Positions 12,807-26,397 of a stretch of DNA of 64,000 bases are shown piece after piece (the first letter of the stretch is position 1; every line of letters starts with the position of its first letter). Below the pieces are notes generated by a model. That model was not told the DNA's origin. It was given only the letters and a program-made list of their open reading frames with translations, and ran no database searches. Where the stretch lies: assembly GCF_006345805.1 (NCBI RefSeq), contig NC_042998.1, positions 162,564,001 through 162,628,000 of the forward strand, read 5' to 3'. A program made the position numbers and the translations under genes. Origin of the DNA: Octopus sinensis. Taxonomy: Eukaryota.

Positions 12807-14935
12807 GGCAAGAATTTTTAGAGCCACGGACAAAATGCCTGGCAGTATTTTTTCTAGATCTTTAGATTCTATGTTCAAATCTTGTCAGGATCAGCTTTGC
12901 CTTTCATTCTTTCAGGGGTGATAAAAGACTGCAGCAGTATTGGAGTCAATGTCTTTGATTATTCCCTGCTCTCAAACTTTCAATCATCTGTCTAATTTAT
13001 AAACAATTATCGTAGAATAAATGATTTTCTCAAAGAAGTCCGTGAGCTGGTAGAATTGTTAGTGAGTTAGATAACACACTTAGCAGCATTTCATCTGACT
13101 CAAGTGTTCTGAGTTCAAATTCCACCAGGATCAACTTTACATTTCATTCTTTTGAGATGATAAAATAAAGCACCAGTAAAGTGGCGAGGTCAATGTAAAC
13201 AACCTGGACCTTCCCTTGAACATGCTGGCAAAGTACCAAAATTAGCACACATCAAAGTTGGAGCTAGCAAAACTGGTAGCATGTCAGACAAAATGCTTAG
13301 CGGTATTTCATTCGTCCTTACATTCTGAATTCACATTCCAAGGTTGACTTTGCTGTTTATCCTTTCAGGGTCAATGAAAAAAGTACCAGTCAAGTACTAG
13401 GGTCGATGTAATTGACTATCCCCTCCCTTAATTTCAATCCTTGTGCCTATAGTAGAAAGGATTATTATTATTATTATTGAGTGAGAGAGCAGTGCATGCC
13501 ATCAAAGTGACACTGGGGTAAAATATATGAAGTTCAGTATACCCATCATGACTACCCATCTGATAAGGGTATACCAGGCACATGCATCACAAACATATGT
13601 GCGTGACATAGTGATCTCCTATCGGATAAAAAGCTCATGACCTTGTAGGTTAGAATTTTCTTCAGGTTGAGTAACCCATCCTGCTCAAATGGTCCCTGAA
13701 TAAGAGTTGTTTAAAGATGATGAACAAAACGTCTATGTTTCCAAAGGGGAATTAGTCAAACCCCAAAGAATTCCTCTCAACACATGGCTATGATGATCTC
13801 CACTACTTCTGCTTGTGATCAGAGATGCATATACTGTCAGCCACCAAAAACATGTTCAACTGGTCAAACAACTGACAAGCAAATCCGTGGTATTGAGCAG
13901 AATATTTGCTGTAGCCCATCTTTTATACCAAGACAAAACAATGTACATAATAACACTTCCAATCAGTTAAGATCAGAAGCCATGAGAGCCACTGCCTGGT
14001 ACTGCATCAGGGTATTATTATTTCAATGAGCTGGCAAACTCATTAGAACTCCAAACAAAATGCTTAGCAGCCTTTTGTCCATCTTTATGTTCTGATTTCA
14101 AATTCTGCTGAGGTCAACTTTGCTTTTAATCCTTTCTGGGTTGATAATATAAGTAACAGTTGAACACTGGGTCAATGCAATCAACATACCCTTCCCTTAA
14201 AATTGCTAGCCTTGTGCCAATATACAAAAACCATTATCATCATTATTATTATTATTATTATTATTATTGTTACTAATAATAATATTTAAGGTATTGAGCT
14301 GGCAGAATTGTCAGCATGCTAACTGAAATGCTTACTGGTATTTTGCCTGCTACTATGTTCTGAGTTCAAATTTCGCCAAGGTCAACTTTGCCTTTCATCT
14401 TTTCAGGGTTGATAAAATAAATAGCAGTTGAGTAGTAGGGTCAATGTAATCAACTTAAATCCTTCCCAAAAAATTTCAGGCCTTGTGCATATAGTAGAAA
14501 GGATTATTATTATTGCTGTTGTTGTTATTGTTATTATTATTAGAGTTGTGGATTTGAAAAAATTATCAGAGAGTGAGACAAAATGCCCTGTGGTACTCAT
14601 CTTCAGTGTTCAAATTCTGCTTAGGTCAACTTTGCCTTTTGTTTTTCCCAGATGGATAAAATAAATATGAGTCAAGTATTGGCATTACATAATCAACTCT
14701 TCCCTCTCGCTCTCATATTTTGGGTTCTGTGCTTATCTTAGAAACAATTATAATTATGGATTAGCAGAATTATTAGGATGTTGGACAAGTACCTTGTGAT
14801 ACTTGTACAAGTTTAATACCTTGCTAATTAAAATCACACTGACATCATCTTTGTAGTTCATATTTCTAGTACTGATAAAATAAAGTACTAATCAAGTACT
14901 GGGATCAATGTAATTAACACCCACCACCACCACCA
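12807..14935 (+). mobile_element. Head-to-tail cluster of ~7 SINE family B (OK-like) copies
   Basis: Repeated GAGCTGGCAGAAT..GAGTTCAAATTC..GGTCAACTTTGCCTTTCATCC..GGCCTTGTGC units separated by (ATT)n. Confidence 0.85.
13478..14016. mobile_element. ~540-bp unclassified repeat inserted in (ATT)n
   Basis: Co-terminal homolog at 30657-31203; both flanked by ATT repeats. Confidence 0.8.
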
Positions 14936-15394
14936 ATATATGATTAGCCTCTGTATAGGTTCTGTTTATCGCATTTCATTTATATGTCATAGGTAACCAG
15001 GGGCTGTGGTAGAAAGTGAGATAAAAACAGAAACCACATAGTTGTGACATGAGCTTTTGTAACAGCTCAGATATACCTGTAACTGAAATGAAACAAAGCT
15101 TGAGTATATTAGAAATTAAAATTTAAAAGTTTACTTTGTTCTCCCAAATATCAAGGTGTTCTACTACTTCCAGATAATTAAAATTTGTCTAAGATAATAT
15201 CCTTGATTCATTCTGCAAAATTCAATGTTTTGGTGAAATAATTTTTCTATCATACTTTTATATAACTCTGTGGCACTTTACAGAGTGTGTTGGGTGCTTT
15301 TCGTCATGACACCATCACTAGGATGGCTTCCAAGTAGTTCCCAAGTCAAACAAAAGTGCTGAAGATGACATGGATCAGTCCATACCTTAATTAC

Positions 15395-15705
15395 TGTTAT
15401 TGTCTTGTCTTGTAATGGAATTTACTTGGGAGGGGTTCAGCCAGCTCCTATTGAGTTCACTGTGTCACATGTCAAGGCGATCTATGCACATCTGTCAGTG
15501 GCCGATTTTGCAGTGTGTTGAAGCCACTCCTGGTTCCTGCAACAAACGCCAAAGACTCGAGGGCTACAAATGAGCCCCATATCTTCTTTGACTGTCATGA
15601 GCCACATCTTCAGCTGGCCACCTCTCCATTATGCCAGCCTGGAGGGGTGGTGGGGATCCAGTGTTATGGCCTTCCAGTGGGGATGGGGTGCCACTGTTGA
15701 TGATG
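15395..15705 (-). mobile_element. RTE-clade LINE 3' end
   Basis: Minus translation RGGQLKMWLMTVKEDMGLICSPRVFGVCCRNQEWLQHTAKSATDRCA resembles the RTE C-terminus; CAAGA tandem tail. Confidence 0.65.
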
Positions 15706-16403
15706 CTGCCAATTGCTCAATTACACTTTTCTCAATTTTTCTCAGCACATCAGTGTCTTTCCTCACTCAATCTGCTACTGAAATTTGGAGCATCCATTAT
15801 TTTGCCATAAAATTTAGATGCACTAAAATACTGTAACTATGTAAGTTAGACATGAGCAACCTTTTATGGAAAGAAGGCCACACAAAGCATAATTTCATCA
15901 TCAGGTGGACTTAGACATGCCATTCAGAATGTCTCACTAGCTGCAGTTTGCCCAAAACTGATATCAGGCTAGCAGTCAAAATGTTTATGCTCTCATTATG
16001 ATTAATTGCTCTATGGGAAATGTTTTCATTCTATGCATTTCCTGAATTGCCTCAGATATGCTATTTCAGTTTTAAGCACTTTCAATTCCCAGTGTCTTTT
16101 CTTATGATTATCAACAAGTCTCAGGGGAAGTTTCACAGTATTGCTGTAGTTGAACATACAGTTTCAGGTTTCTTTCATAGGCAATTCTATGTTGTATGTT
16201 CTATATTGAGCTAAGTGAACATCTTTTCCAGAGCACCAAACTGTATGACAAGAAATGTCTTCTCCAGGGTTTTTGCAGATCAAAACTCATTTCTGGTCTA
16301 ATTCCTTGGTTTCTATGTCTCATTTCAATTTAGAATTAAAAGAAAGTAAAAAAATAAAGATAGCATATTTTATGTCAAAATTTTAAAATGTTCAATAAAT
16401 ATT

Positions 16404-16813
16404 CAGGATTGGAAGTTTGCTTCCCAACCACATGGTTCTGGGTTCAGTTCCACTGCATGGCTCTTTGGACAAGTGTCTCCCACTATAACCTTGAGCCAAT
16501 CAAAGCCTTGAGAGTGGATTTGGTAGAAAGAACCTGAGAGAAGCCTGTAGTACATATGTGTGTGTGTGTGTGTGTTTGTCCTTCAACACTGCTTCATGAA
16601 TTTGTTTGCACTCTATCACTGCTTGACAACTGGTGTTGGTGTGTTTACATTCCTGCAACCATTACTTAGCAGTTCAGTGAAGGAGACTGATAGAATAAGT
16701 ATCACACTTATAATTTTTTAAAAACTAGTCCTGGATCCATTCATTCAACTGAAAATCTTGCACGGCAATGCCCCAGCTTGGCTACAGTCAAATGACTGAA
16801 AGAAGTAAAAGAT
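16404..16813 (+). mobile_element. SINE family A (diverged)
   Basis: Colinear with 18239-18669. Confidence 0.8.
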
Positions 16814-16989
16814 AATAAACACAGTTTCAGAAATTTTGCACATCATAGAAACTTGGAAAAAATTAAATTTTATGCAACTACAATAGGAAAAAAATCTGCA
16901 GATATCACATATTAAATGGCATGTAAAACCTCTTTATAAGTCATTATTTTTCTACATATTCAGCAACAAAGCAACGTTGGGTGCTTCTG

Positions 16990-17092
16990 CTAGAGTGTAT
17001 CTGTGTATATTTATATAAAATACATATGTATTATGCATGTTTGTGTGTGTATATTTGTATATATGTATATATCTATATATACGTATATATAC

Positions 17093-17126
<34 letters not shown>

Positions 17127-17440
17127 GTCATGATATATATATATAGAGAGAGAGACACGTACATTTGTATATATGTCTATATATCATTATGTATATATAT
17201 GTATGTATGTATATGTACGTATATATGTAATTATCTAACTCTATAACTATATATATATATATATATATATATACATACATGTAATTATATATGTATGTAT
17301 ATATATATATATATGTAATTATATATGTATGTATATATATATATACATATGTATAGTGTGGGGGTTGTACACTTATATATTTATATATCTATATATACAC
17401 AGACAAACACACAAACATATATGTATGTATTCATTCTTAC
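16990..17440. repeat. (TA)n/(TATG)n compound microsatellite
   Basis: Direct reading. Confidence 0.9.
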
Positions 17441-18193
17441 ACTTAAATGCACTAGTATTATATGTCTTGACACAAAATATTTACATACGCACACATTTAC
17501 TTACACACACAAACACATACGAACTTTTAAAATCCTCACACAGTACCACATATTCATTTTCACATGTACATACACACGCAATACATGGCATAGACATGCA
17601 TATATATCATTACATGGCGCAGCAACTTACATGCCAATATTCCTTCTGCACATATTACCATTACTATCCATTATACTCATGTGGCTGCCATCAACTACAG
17701 CAATCTATGATAACTCTGATAACTATTGCTTCCAAAAGCCGAGCTATCAATGTCCTTTATCACTTTAACTGAAACGCATACACTGAAAATACTAACTTCA
17801 TCTCGTTTTTATTATCTTAGACTCCACTAAATTACTGAGTTATAGATACTGTTTATTAGCGAGGCACCTCCGCAACATTTCACGGTCAATAGCATTGATC
17901 TTGTAAATTTTACAAGCGTCTTCCAAACAGATTAATAACATGCTACTATTCTTACATTTTTTTTAACATTTCACTGAAAGCCTATACACTATTAAAAACC
18001 CATTTTTACTTTACTATACATTTCTTTCTTTCCTCATGTGACAATACATGCACATGTGTATTTTAGCACGAGTATATATGTACAGATATACGTATACACT
18101 TACATATGTGTTTAAATACATATATATGTGGGTCTTTAAATAAATATGTGTGTGGGTGAATGGGTGTGTATGCTTAAATATATGTGTTTAAAT

Positions 18194-18238
<45 letters not shown>

Positions 18239-18240
<2 letters not shown>

Positions 18241-18411
18241 CGCAGGAGTGGCTGTGTGGTAAGTAGCTTGCTTACCAATTACATGGTTCCAGGTTCATTC
18301 CCACTGCGTGACACCTTGGGCAAATGTCTTCTACTATAGCCTCGGGTCGACCAAAGCCTTGTGAGTGGATTTGGTAGACGGAAACTGAAAGAAGCCTGTT
18401 GTACATATCTA

Positions 18412-18470
<59 letters not shown>

Positions 18471-18669
18471 GCATGTGTGTGTATATGTTTGCGTGTGTGT
18501 CCCAATGGTGGTGTGTTTACGTCCCCATAACTTAGCGGTTCGGCAAAAGAGACTGATAGAATAAGTACTAGGCTTACAAAGAATAAGTCCTGGGGTCAAT
18601 ATGCTCGACTAAAGGCGGTGCTCCAGCATGGCTGCAGTCAAATGACTGAAACAAGTAAAAGGTAAAAGA
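18239..18669 (+). mobile_element. SINE family A, full length
   Basis: GGCGCAGGAGTGGCTGTGTGGTAAG head, internal (TA)n, GAAACAAGTAAAA tail. Confidence 0.9.
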
Positions 18670-18893
18670 TATAGGCAATGCCGTGTGCTTAAGCTGAAGC
18701 ATGATTCTGTGGTTAAAATGTTTGCTTTGCAACCATGTCACTTAGGATCCAATCCCACTGTATTTGGCAATTCGGGTATGCCTTCTGTTGTTGCTCCAGG
18801 CTGACTTATTCCTGGTGAGTGCAGAAGCATGCTGTATATGCATATTTGTGTGCATACACACTTGTCTCTCACCAACCAGTGTTGTTTTACTTA

Positions 18894-19530
18894 CAAGCGT
18901 CAGTTGGAAAGTTCATAGGCTGACCAAAATATTCTCATGGAATGTGACCAAATGAGATTTATTTCCCAACATAGGCCTCCATGTGGCTCAAGTACTTCCT
19001 CCATTGGTGTTGCAGTGCTTATATTCCACTAACAAAGAAGCTTTCATCCTACTGCTAAAAACAGTCATCAACAGCAGATACAGCATTACCATAACTGCCA
19101 TACTGGTTCCAAGCTAAATGCTTTTCATGTTGGGGAACAGATGATAGCCAGATGGGGCTAAATCAGGAGAATAGGAATGGTGTTCAATCAGTCCAAAGCC
19201 ACAGTCATGCACAGTAGCCATATGCTTGGAGCATTGACCTGATGAAACAAGACCCCTTTCATTAGTTTCCTTGGACGTTTGGTCTTGATGGCTTCTCATA
19301 ACTGCCTCAGCAAGTTGGCATTGTACTCTCCAGTGATGGTGTGACCCTTTTGAAGATAGTCAATGAACACAATGTTTTTTGCATCCCAAAACAACTGAGA
19401 CCATCACCTTCCCTGCAGATGCAATGACCTTGGCCTTCTTTGGAGAAAGTGAGGAGGGATGTTTCCACTACCTGGACTGTCTCTTTGTCTATGACTTAAA
19501 GTGATGAACCCAATGCTCATCCATCCTGGA
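18894..19530 (-). mobile_element. Mariner transposase 3' remnant with TIR
   Basis: ORF 19114-19299 contains HSYSPDLAPSGYHLFPNMK; TA followed by TIR-like CAAGCGTCAGTTGGAAAGTTCATAGGCTGAC. Confidence 0.85.
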
Positions 19531-20100
19531 TTAGGAAATGTTCAAGAAGACCAGCCATATCTGCCTCTGGCTAATGTTTTATCTTGTAACCTGCCTGATA
19601 CTTTCTTGAAATGGGTTTATTTAGACAAACATTTTTAAAAGTTTTATAAAAAAATTAAAGATCATAATGAAAACTAAAAAAGAAAGATACTACTGTTTTT
19701 TCAATGGTAATATTTCATGTTGAATCCATGATCATTCATTCATTATTGTAATAATAGCATGAGAAAGCAAAATGCTTTCAATGCTGTCAGTATACAAGAG
19801 GCCCTTAAAAACTTTTTGTGATTAAAGTAGCCTGCAATGTAATTCAAGCTGGCCTGGCCTAAAACAATGCCATATTTTCCTGGGATGTTATCAGCCTAGT
19901 GCGCTTTTGATATGGTGTCAGAAGACAAACCAGCTTTTAAAATATATATAATTTTGCTTTTATTCATTCCTTTTCACATTTGCTTTTTCATGGAATGAGC
20001 AGAGATTCATTTAATGTAGTATTTTACAGCCAGATGACTTTCCTTTCACTGACCTTTATTTGCTTATCAAATATGTGTGCATATATATATGTGTGTGTGT

Positions 20101-20399
20101 GGAGGTACAATGGCCCAATGGTTAGGGCAGTGCACTCGAGGTCGGAGGATCGCGGTTTCGATTCCCAAACCAGGCGTTGTGTGTGTTTATTGAGTGAAAA
20201 CACCTAAAGCACCACGAGGCTCCAGCAGGGGGCGGTGGCGACCCCTGTTGTACTCTTTCACCCCAACTTTCTCTCACTCTCTCTTCCTGTTTCTTGAGTA
20301 ATGCTGCAATGGACTGGTGTCCCATACTCCACAGAAACTGGGAAACCGGGCCCATGAGCCTGGCTAGGCTTGAAAAGGGCGCATAAATAAATAAATAAA
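20101..20399 (+). mobile_element. tRNA-derived SINE (family F) with V-domain-like core
   Basis: TGGCCCAATGGTTAG A-box, GGTTTCGATTCC B-box, CTGCAATGGACTGGTGTCCC motif, (AAAT)n tail. Confidence 0.7.
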
Positions 20400-20809
20400 T
20401 ATACATATGTACATATACATATACACACGCATATGGTGGGCTTCCTTACAATTTCTGTCAACAAATTGTGCACATGAGTCATTAGTTGTTGCATGTCAAC
20501 ATCTGCAGAAAAGATGAACAGGGAGGAGATCTCAGAAGATTGCACACAATGGAATAGAACTCAAGACCATGTGCTTATGAAATGAGCTCCATTACTTACA
20601 GAGCCATGTCTAATCTGGATTTCTTTTATATCTACAAAGTTTCTGGCCAGAGGATTGATGATGAATACATAAATGCAATTAAATTCTACAGTTTATTGAA
20701 CAAAGTTATAAATTACAAAATATAATTAAGCATGTATTTATTTATGAAAGAAAATTGACAAAATTTAGAATGCAAAAGAGATTTCATTTTTTTTTTAGAA
20801 ATGTGAATG

Positions 20810-21350
20810 TAAAAGCTGATGATGTTTGCTATCAAATAACAATTGTACATCAAAAAGAAAGGAAGTTAATTTTAGCATCAAATCTTGCTTGACAACCTAT
20901 CACTTATGATGCTTATTTTTTAAGGAAACCGAAGTTGAGAATTCAGTTTTGCTGTTATAAGTTGTAGCAAAAGCATTAAAAATCATAAGGCTTTTTCATA
21001 TAAATTTGAATATCTTTGTTGAAAACCTAACCAAAAATTAAATTGAAAGATGTCAGATTTTTGTTTTACAGCACTGTCGCATGAAAGTTCAATGAAAGAA
21101 TCCATTTCTGCTTCATTTAACTGTAACATTCCTTCATTTTCTATTTTCACACTGATTGGATCTTTAATCCATATTTTGTTGGTTTGGATTAAGAGAAAAT
21201 AATTTTTTTAAAAATTACATAATGCTCCAAAGAACTTTAAAATTCATTTTTTATAACCTGTTGTTTTCACAAATCCAGTTTTTCAACTGTTGCTCTCACT
21301 TTCTCATAAACCGTAAAAATATATATGTTCATCCTTGTGAAATTAAATTT
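20810..21350 (-). mobile_element. hAT (Buster/Charlie-like) transposase C-terminal remnant
   Basis: Minus translations YEKVRATVEKLDL, WIKDPI, LNEAEMDSFIELSCDSAVKQK..FWLGFQQRYSNLYEKAL resemble the hAT dimerisation region; stops and frameshifts present. Confidence 0.7.
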
Positions 21351-21460
21351 AATTCATATATGACATAAGATATGTTTTTAAGTAGGCCACACGTACTAGC
21401 CAATCAAAGTGATGAACTCCATCTTTAAACTCAACTATGACACTTTTTACTGAGGTTGTA

Positions 21461-21657
21461 AGGCAGTGAGCTGGCAGAATTGTTAGCATGCTGGGCAAAA
21501 TGCAGCATTTTGTCCACCTTCATGTTCTGAGTTCAAATTTCACTGAGTTTAACTTTCATCCTTTTGTGGTTGATAAAATAAGTACCAGTTGTACACTGGA
21601 GGTCAATGTAATCAATTTGTCCCTCGCGGGAAATTTCTGGCTTTGTGCCAAAATTTT
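21461..21657 (+). mobile_element. SINE family B
   Basis: GGCAGTGAGCTGGCAGAATTGTTAGCATG head. Confidence 0.85.
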
Positions 21658-21804
21658 ACACCAGATGAGGTTCTTGATCAAGAAACAATAAAAGTTCCAT
21701 TTTTTTTTAATCACAAAAGTTATTTCAAAGCATTTCATTTAGTAATTACCACAAATCACAAAATGAAAGTGTTTATATGTTTATATTTCATAATTCTCTA
21801 CATG

Positions 21805-22080
21805 ACTCAGGGTCAGAAAATATTTCAGCCCCCAGTCATTCTGCTGACATTCTGCAAGGTTCAAGTGAGACCTTCAGTGGGGCACTGCTCTTCCATTTGG
21901 AACAATGCCATTAGTATACACAGAGACATTCTGAACTACACCCAGATAAGGGCTTCTAAACTTATTGGCATATAACCATTAACAGACATGCTCCAGTTTC
22001 TGGTCCACAAGTCTTGTTGGCTTGTGCAAATGCATCACCTATTTTTGATGTTGTGATTTAGTCACAAGTTTGCCCTGTTT
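21805..22080 (+). mobile_element. CR1/L2/Jockey-like LINE ORF2 C-terminal remnant
   Basis: LLTFCKVQVRPSVGHCSSIWNNA..LNYTQIRASKLIG resembles the LYKxxVRPxLEYCSxIW..LDRVQRRAxRLI motif. Confidence 0.6.
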
Positions 22081-22389
22081 AAATAGACTTATAACTACAG
22101 ATATTTAAGTCCAGCTATCCCATCTATTCTTTTTCTGAAACTGTTACCAGACCTAAATTATCTAATGTATATATACATTTTTTTAAAGATGGTAGTTCAA
22201 AGGATTATTTGCCTGCTATTCCTAGTAAATTAAGTAACTTTGCAGAGGGTTTCTCATTGACCTCAAAAGTATCATATATTCCTCATTTGCTCAGAAGGTT
22301 TTAATAGAGTGGGGTCATTTCTGTATACTACACAATCTCTCCTATTTAAGTTGATGCAAGTGCTAAGTCATAAGAAATATTATAATTAA

Positions 22390-22601
22390 AATTTTAGCAT
22401 TTAAACTGGCCATATCCAACCAAAATACTCTATTTGTTTTATGTTCAAACTGACCACATCTGGCCTCTCACATCTACCCTACAATGTTATTCTAAATATA
22501 TACAATTACATAATCGAAATTTCAAGGCTACAAGATCATACATGGTTAATTCAAAACAAAGTGAATAAATAAGCATTAAATTTGACCTGTATGCTAAAGA
22601 G
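22390..22601. mobile_element. piggyBac-type MITE (TTAA), same family as 41269-41486
   Basis: TTAA flanks; ends TTTAGCAT / ATGCTAAAG. Confidence 0.65.
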
Positions 22602-22625
22602 TTAAATATCCTGTTTTATTTGTTA

Positions 22626-22852
22626 TTTCTTTATTACCCACAAGGGGCTAAACATAGAGGGGACAAACAAGGACAGACAAAGGGATTAAGTCAATTACAT
22701 CGATCTAAGTACATAACTGGTACTTAATCTATCGACCCTGAAATGATGAAAGGCAAAGTCGACCTCGGTGGAATTTGAACTCAGAACATAACTGCAGATG
22801 AAATACCACTAAGCATTTCGCCCGGCGTGCTAACGTTTCTGCCAGCTCGTCG
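22626..22852 (-). mobile_element. SINE family B, variant with GTCCCCTCTATGTTTAGCCCC tail
   Basis: Reverse complement of the 38574/39541 type. Confidence 0.85.
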
Positions 22853-22945
22853 TCTTCATATCCTGTTCTATTTGTCATAATACTAAGTGAAAAAACATAA
22901 CAACAACAGTTTGAGATACCTTTCCTTCTTTCTTTTCTATCTTAA

Positions 22946-23170
22946 CCCTTTTCATTTACTATATTTCTTTTGAAGTCACTTCTTTTGTTTAAATTAGTTT
23001 TGAAAAATAATAGAGAATTTAGTAATATAACTTTGTCGTTATTAGTCTTGGGTTAAGAACATAAATTAACATGGAATATTGGTGGAAGGTTTTAATTTAG
23101 ACCACTTGAAATCAGGAAGTTTGTATCATAGAATCAAGAGTGGTCACTTGTGGGCTGGTGTCAGAATGGT
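22946..23170. mobile_element. piggyBac-type MITE related to 34891-35108
   Basis: TTAA|CCCTTT start; shared internal GAATTTAGTAA..AACTTT..GGTGGAAG..TTTTAATT. Confidence 0.55.
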
Positions 23171-24657
23171 TATGCCCTCAGCTTCTGATGGAAAATGTAG
23201 GGACACCAATGTGACATATGTCTTGGCCATCTGAACCTGAGCACAGCTGATTTATTCTAGAGAAGAAGAGAGAGAATAATCAACTACTAGCTCTTTCTAT
23301 ATTGATACAATAAGTATGAATGGTCATCACTAAATAACAAGAATCACTAAATGCATACATCATTTCCCAACCTATGCTGCTTAGCTTGTTTATTGGTTCC
23401 CAGGAGAAAAAAATACCGATCTTCAGCAAATATTAAAATAATTGACTTTGGCAGAACAAAATACTACAAGCTCTAATGAATCTGACAATTTACTGTTATA
23501 CTTGGGCAATGATAATATAAATAGCAGATAGACAAGTAAGGATTTTATAGATGTGATGTTCCAGCTGGATTTGCATTGGCTAACTATAACTTAAATATCT
23601 ATTTGTACAGTAAAGCATACATATATCTGTATTGAAACAAGTTCATACAAATGCACACAACACAATAAATACACAAAACTGCACATGAGCACAAAATACA
23701 TATACAAAAGCATAAGAAAAATGCATATAAATACAATCATATTAGCTTGGAGCTATCAAAGAAGACACTTGACTGTGGTGTTGTGTGGTAGAATTGAAGT
23801 TGTGCTCTCATGGTTGTGAAGAAAATTTCTTACCATAACCCAATAACCTGTGCCTGTACCACACACTCCTGTCGCGAAACACAAAGATCCAAGATCCAAT
23901 CATATATTCTTACATATGGCCATGTAAAAGTGCCTGTGCAGTGTGACATAAAAGCACCTATGTGGTGTCATGTAAAAGCACACGTGGGACACCATGTAAA
24001 AACACTAATACCAGTGCTATATAAAAGCATCCAGCATACTTTGTAAAGTGGTTGGCATTAGGAAGGGTATCCAGCCATAGAAACCATTCCAAAACAGACA
24101 TGGTGCCTGACCAGCCCTTCAGCTGGTAAACTTTTGTCAAATCGTCCAACCCATGCTAGCATGGAAAACGGACATTAAATGATGAGGATGATGATATAAA
24201 TATAATTCCTCCTCCTCTTCCTCATTATCATCATCCTTCTTCTTGTCCTAACATCCACTTTTCCATGCTTGTATGGGTCAGACAGAGTTTACTGAGGTGG
24301 ATATTCTACAACCAAAAGCTCTTTCTTTTGCCAACTCTTATCTGTTTCCAAGCAAGGTATTATTGCCAAGACATGTTTTCACAGAATATTCAAAATTAAT
24401 ACAACAGTCATGTGATATCACAACAAGGAGACACAACACATTATTAAATGTTACTAATAGTTTCATACATTGAGAAATATTTCAAACATATTCATCAGGC
24501 ACAAACCACAAATCATAATGAACTAAAAATTGAATGAGAGAGAAAGTGCAAAAAGTTGAGAAGGAAGCATATAGAAAACTGAAAAATAAAAAAAAAATAA
24601 ATGAGTAATCTTCCTTAGACCTTAAATTATAAGGCTGGAAAGATATCAACCACTTAA

Positions 24658-24896
24658 TCAGGTATAGGCTGAAGTTTCTAATTTTTCAAAATGTATTTAG
24701 TCATATGTTTACAATCACTGAAAATTTCAGACCTAGAGTTCTGTAGTGAGTTAGGGATCTTAGATCTATGCTCTTTCAGCAAAACATAGCTTCAGGTATA
24801 GGTTGAATTTTCTAATTCTTCAAAATGTATTTAGTCATATGTTTACAATCACCGAAAATTTCAGACCTAGAGTTCTGTAGTGAGTAAGGGATCTTA
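24658..24896 (+). repeat. Tandem duplication, ~105-bp unit, period ~135 bp
   Basis: 24658-24762 nearly identical to 24793-24896. Confidence 0.85.
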
Positions 24897-25083
24897 CAGT
24901 TATTTGATCTACGTTTTTTATATGCTTCCTTCTCAACATTTCCTGTTTCTTGTCTCATTCCATTTTTAATTTGTCATATGTAATCTGTGCTTCATGAATA
25001 TGTTTGAGATATTTCTCAACATATAGAACTATTAGTAGCACATGAAAACATTTGTTGTGTCTATTAAATAATATATATGGTAA

Positions 25084-25497
25084 TTTTGAGAAGGACTGAG
25101 AGAGCGATGGTGAGAGAAATGTGTGAGGTGAAGCTGTTTGATAAGAGGAGGACTGAGGATTTGATGGAAATGCTGGGGTTGGAGAAATCAGAATGGTTGG
25201 CAAGGGTGAATGGAGTGAGGTAGTATGGGCATGTTTTGAGGAGGGATACAGAGCATGTTTTGAGGAGGGTGATTGTGTTTGCGGTAAATGGAGCTTGAAA
25301 GTGAGGTAGACCGAAGAAAAGGTGGGGGACTGGTGGAGAGGAGATTGGGAGGGTTGGTTTGAAAAAGGAGGACGCCCAAAACTGGACAAGATGGTGAAAT
25401 GGTGTGAGGGCAGTTGCTATGGTATTGAGGTAGATCTGATCACCCATATTAATGAGGACAAAACCTGAATTTAAAACATTTGATGATGATATATGAC
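25084..25497 (+). mobile_element. RTE-clade LINE 3' end
   Basis: LRRTERAMVREMCEVKLFDK..LARVNGVR*YGHVLRRD..GRPKKRW; (GAT)n tail. Confidence 0.85.
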
Positions 25498-26351
25498 AAT
25501 TCAAATAGATAAGGAGAATTATACATCAACACAGTTTTCATTATTACAGACAGTTATATGGCATATCTAATTTAAGCCTCAGTCTGACATATGTTTCTGC
25601 TGCATGGATATTTCGCAATGTGGTTATTCTTTATCATTTGATGCAATTAGTCATAAGTTCCACATTTACAGTGTTCAGAGATAGAATGGTAAATCTTCTG
25701 AATTATATTCCTAAATTGTCTGGTAACTATTCCTGATTGGTAAATTAAGTGATGTAGAATTATATATGATGTCCAAATGCATAATGACACACCTGCATTA
25801 GAATTGAACTCCCGATGTCTGTGTTGGTAGTCTAATACCTTACACTCACTGCCACATTGCTTCTATAGTAATAAAAAGAATATCTGTAACAAAATATAGA
25901 TAGGCAGACAAATGAAAAATACATGTACACACAGTGTAAATGCATTATACACACTAAACTTAACATGCATTTGCACAATCATACGCATACATAGATGTAT
26001 ATACATACAGATTGTGATCTGATATATGTATGTAAGCATACACATACTTGTATATACAATCACACACAACCACTAATTCCCATGCACGCATATTCAGTCA
26101 CACACAGAACTTTACAAACATGCAAACACACACACCTACATACATGGGTAGAGAGAGAGGGGAAATGATAGATTGATTAGTAGATAGATATATAGATAGA
26201 AAAATAGATTGATATATAGAGACATACATATTGCAATGTGGCTGTATGTCACATAATTGTTGAAATATACGTGTAATTGAATGTGTACATAAATATACAC
26301 ACACACACACATATATATATATACATATACATAAATATACACACACATACA

Positions 26352-26397
<46 letters not shown>

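Noticed and set aside
15847-15960. Short hAT-like MITE
   Set aside because: TIRs and TSD too degenerate to support
17840-17955. Protein-like minus frame MLLICLEDACKIYKINAIDREMLRRCLANKQYL*
   Set aside because: Short, no usable splice acceptor, no recognisable family
21071-21202. Plus-strand terminal exon ending in a hydrophobic, GPI-like tail (..FSIFTLIGSLIHILLVWIKRK*)
   Set aside because: It is the antisense strand of the hAT transposase remnant, which has recognisable motifs on minus
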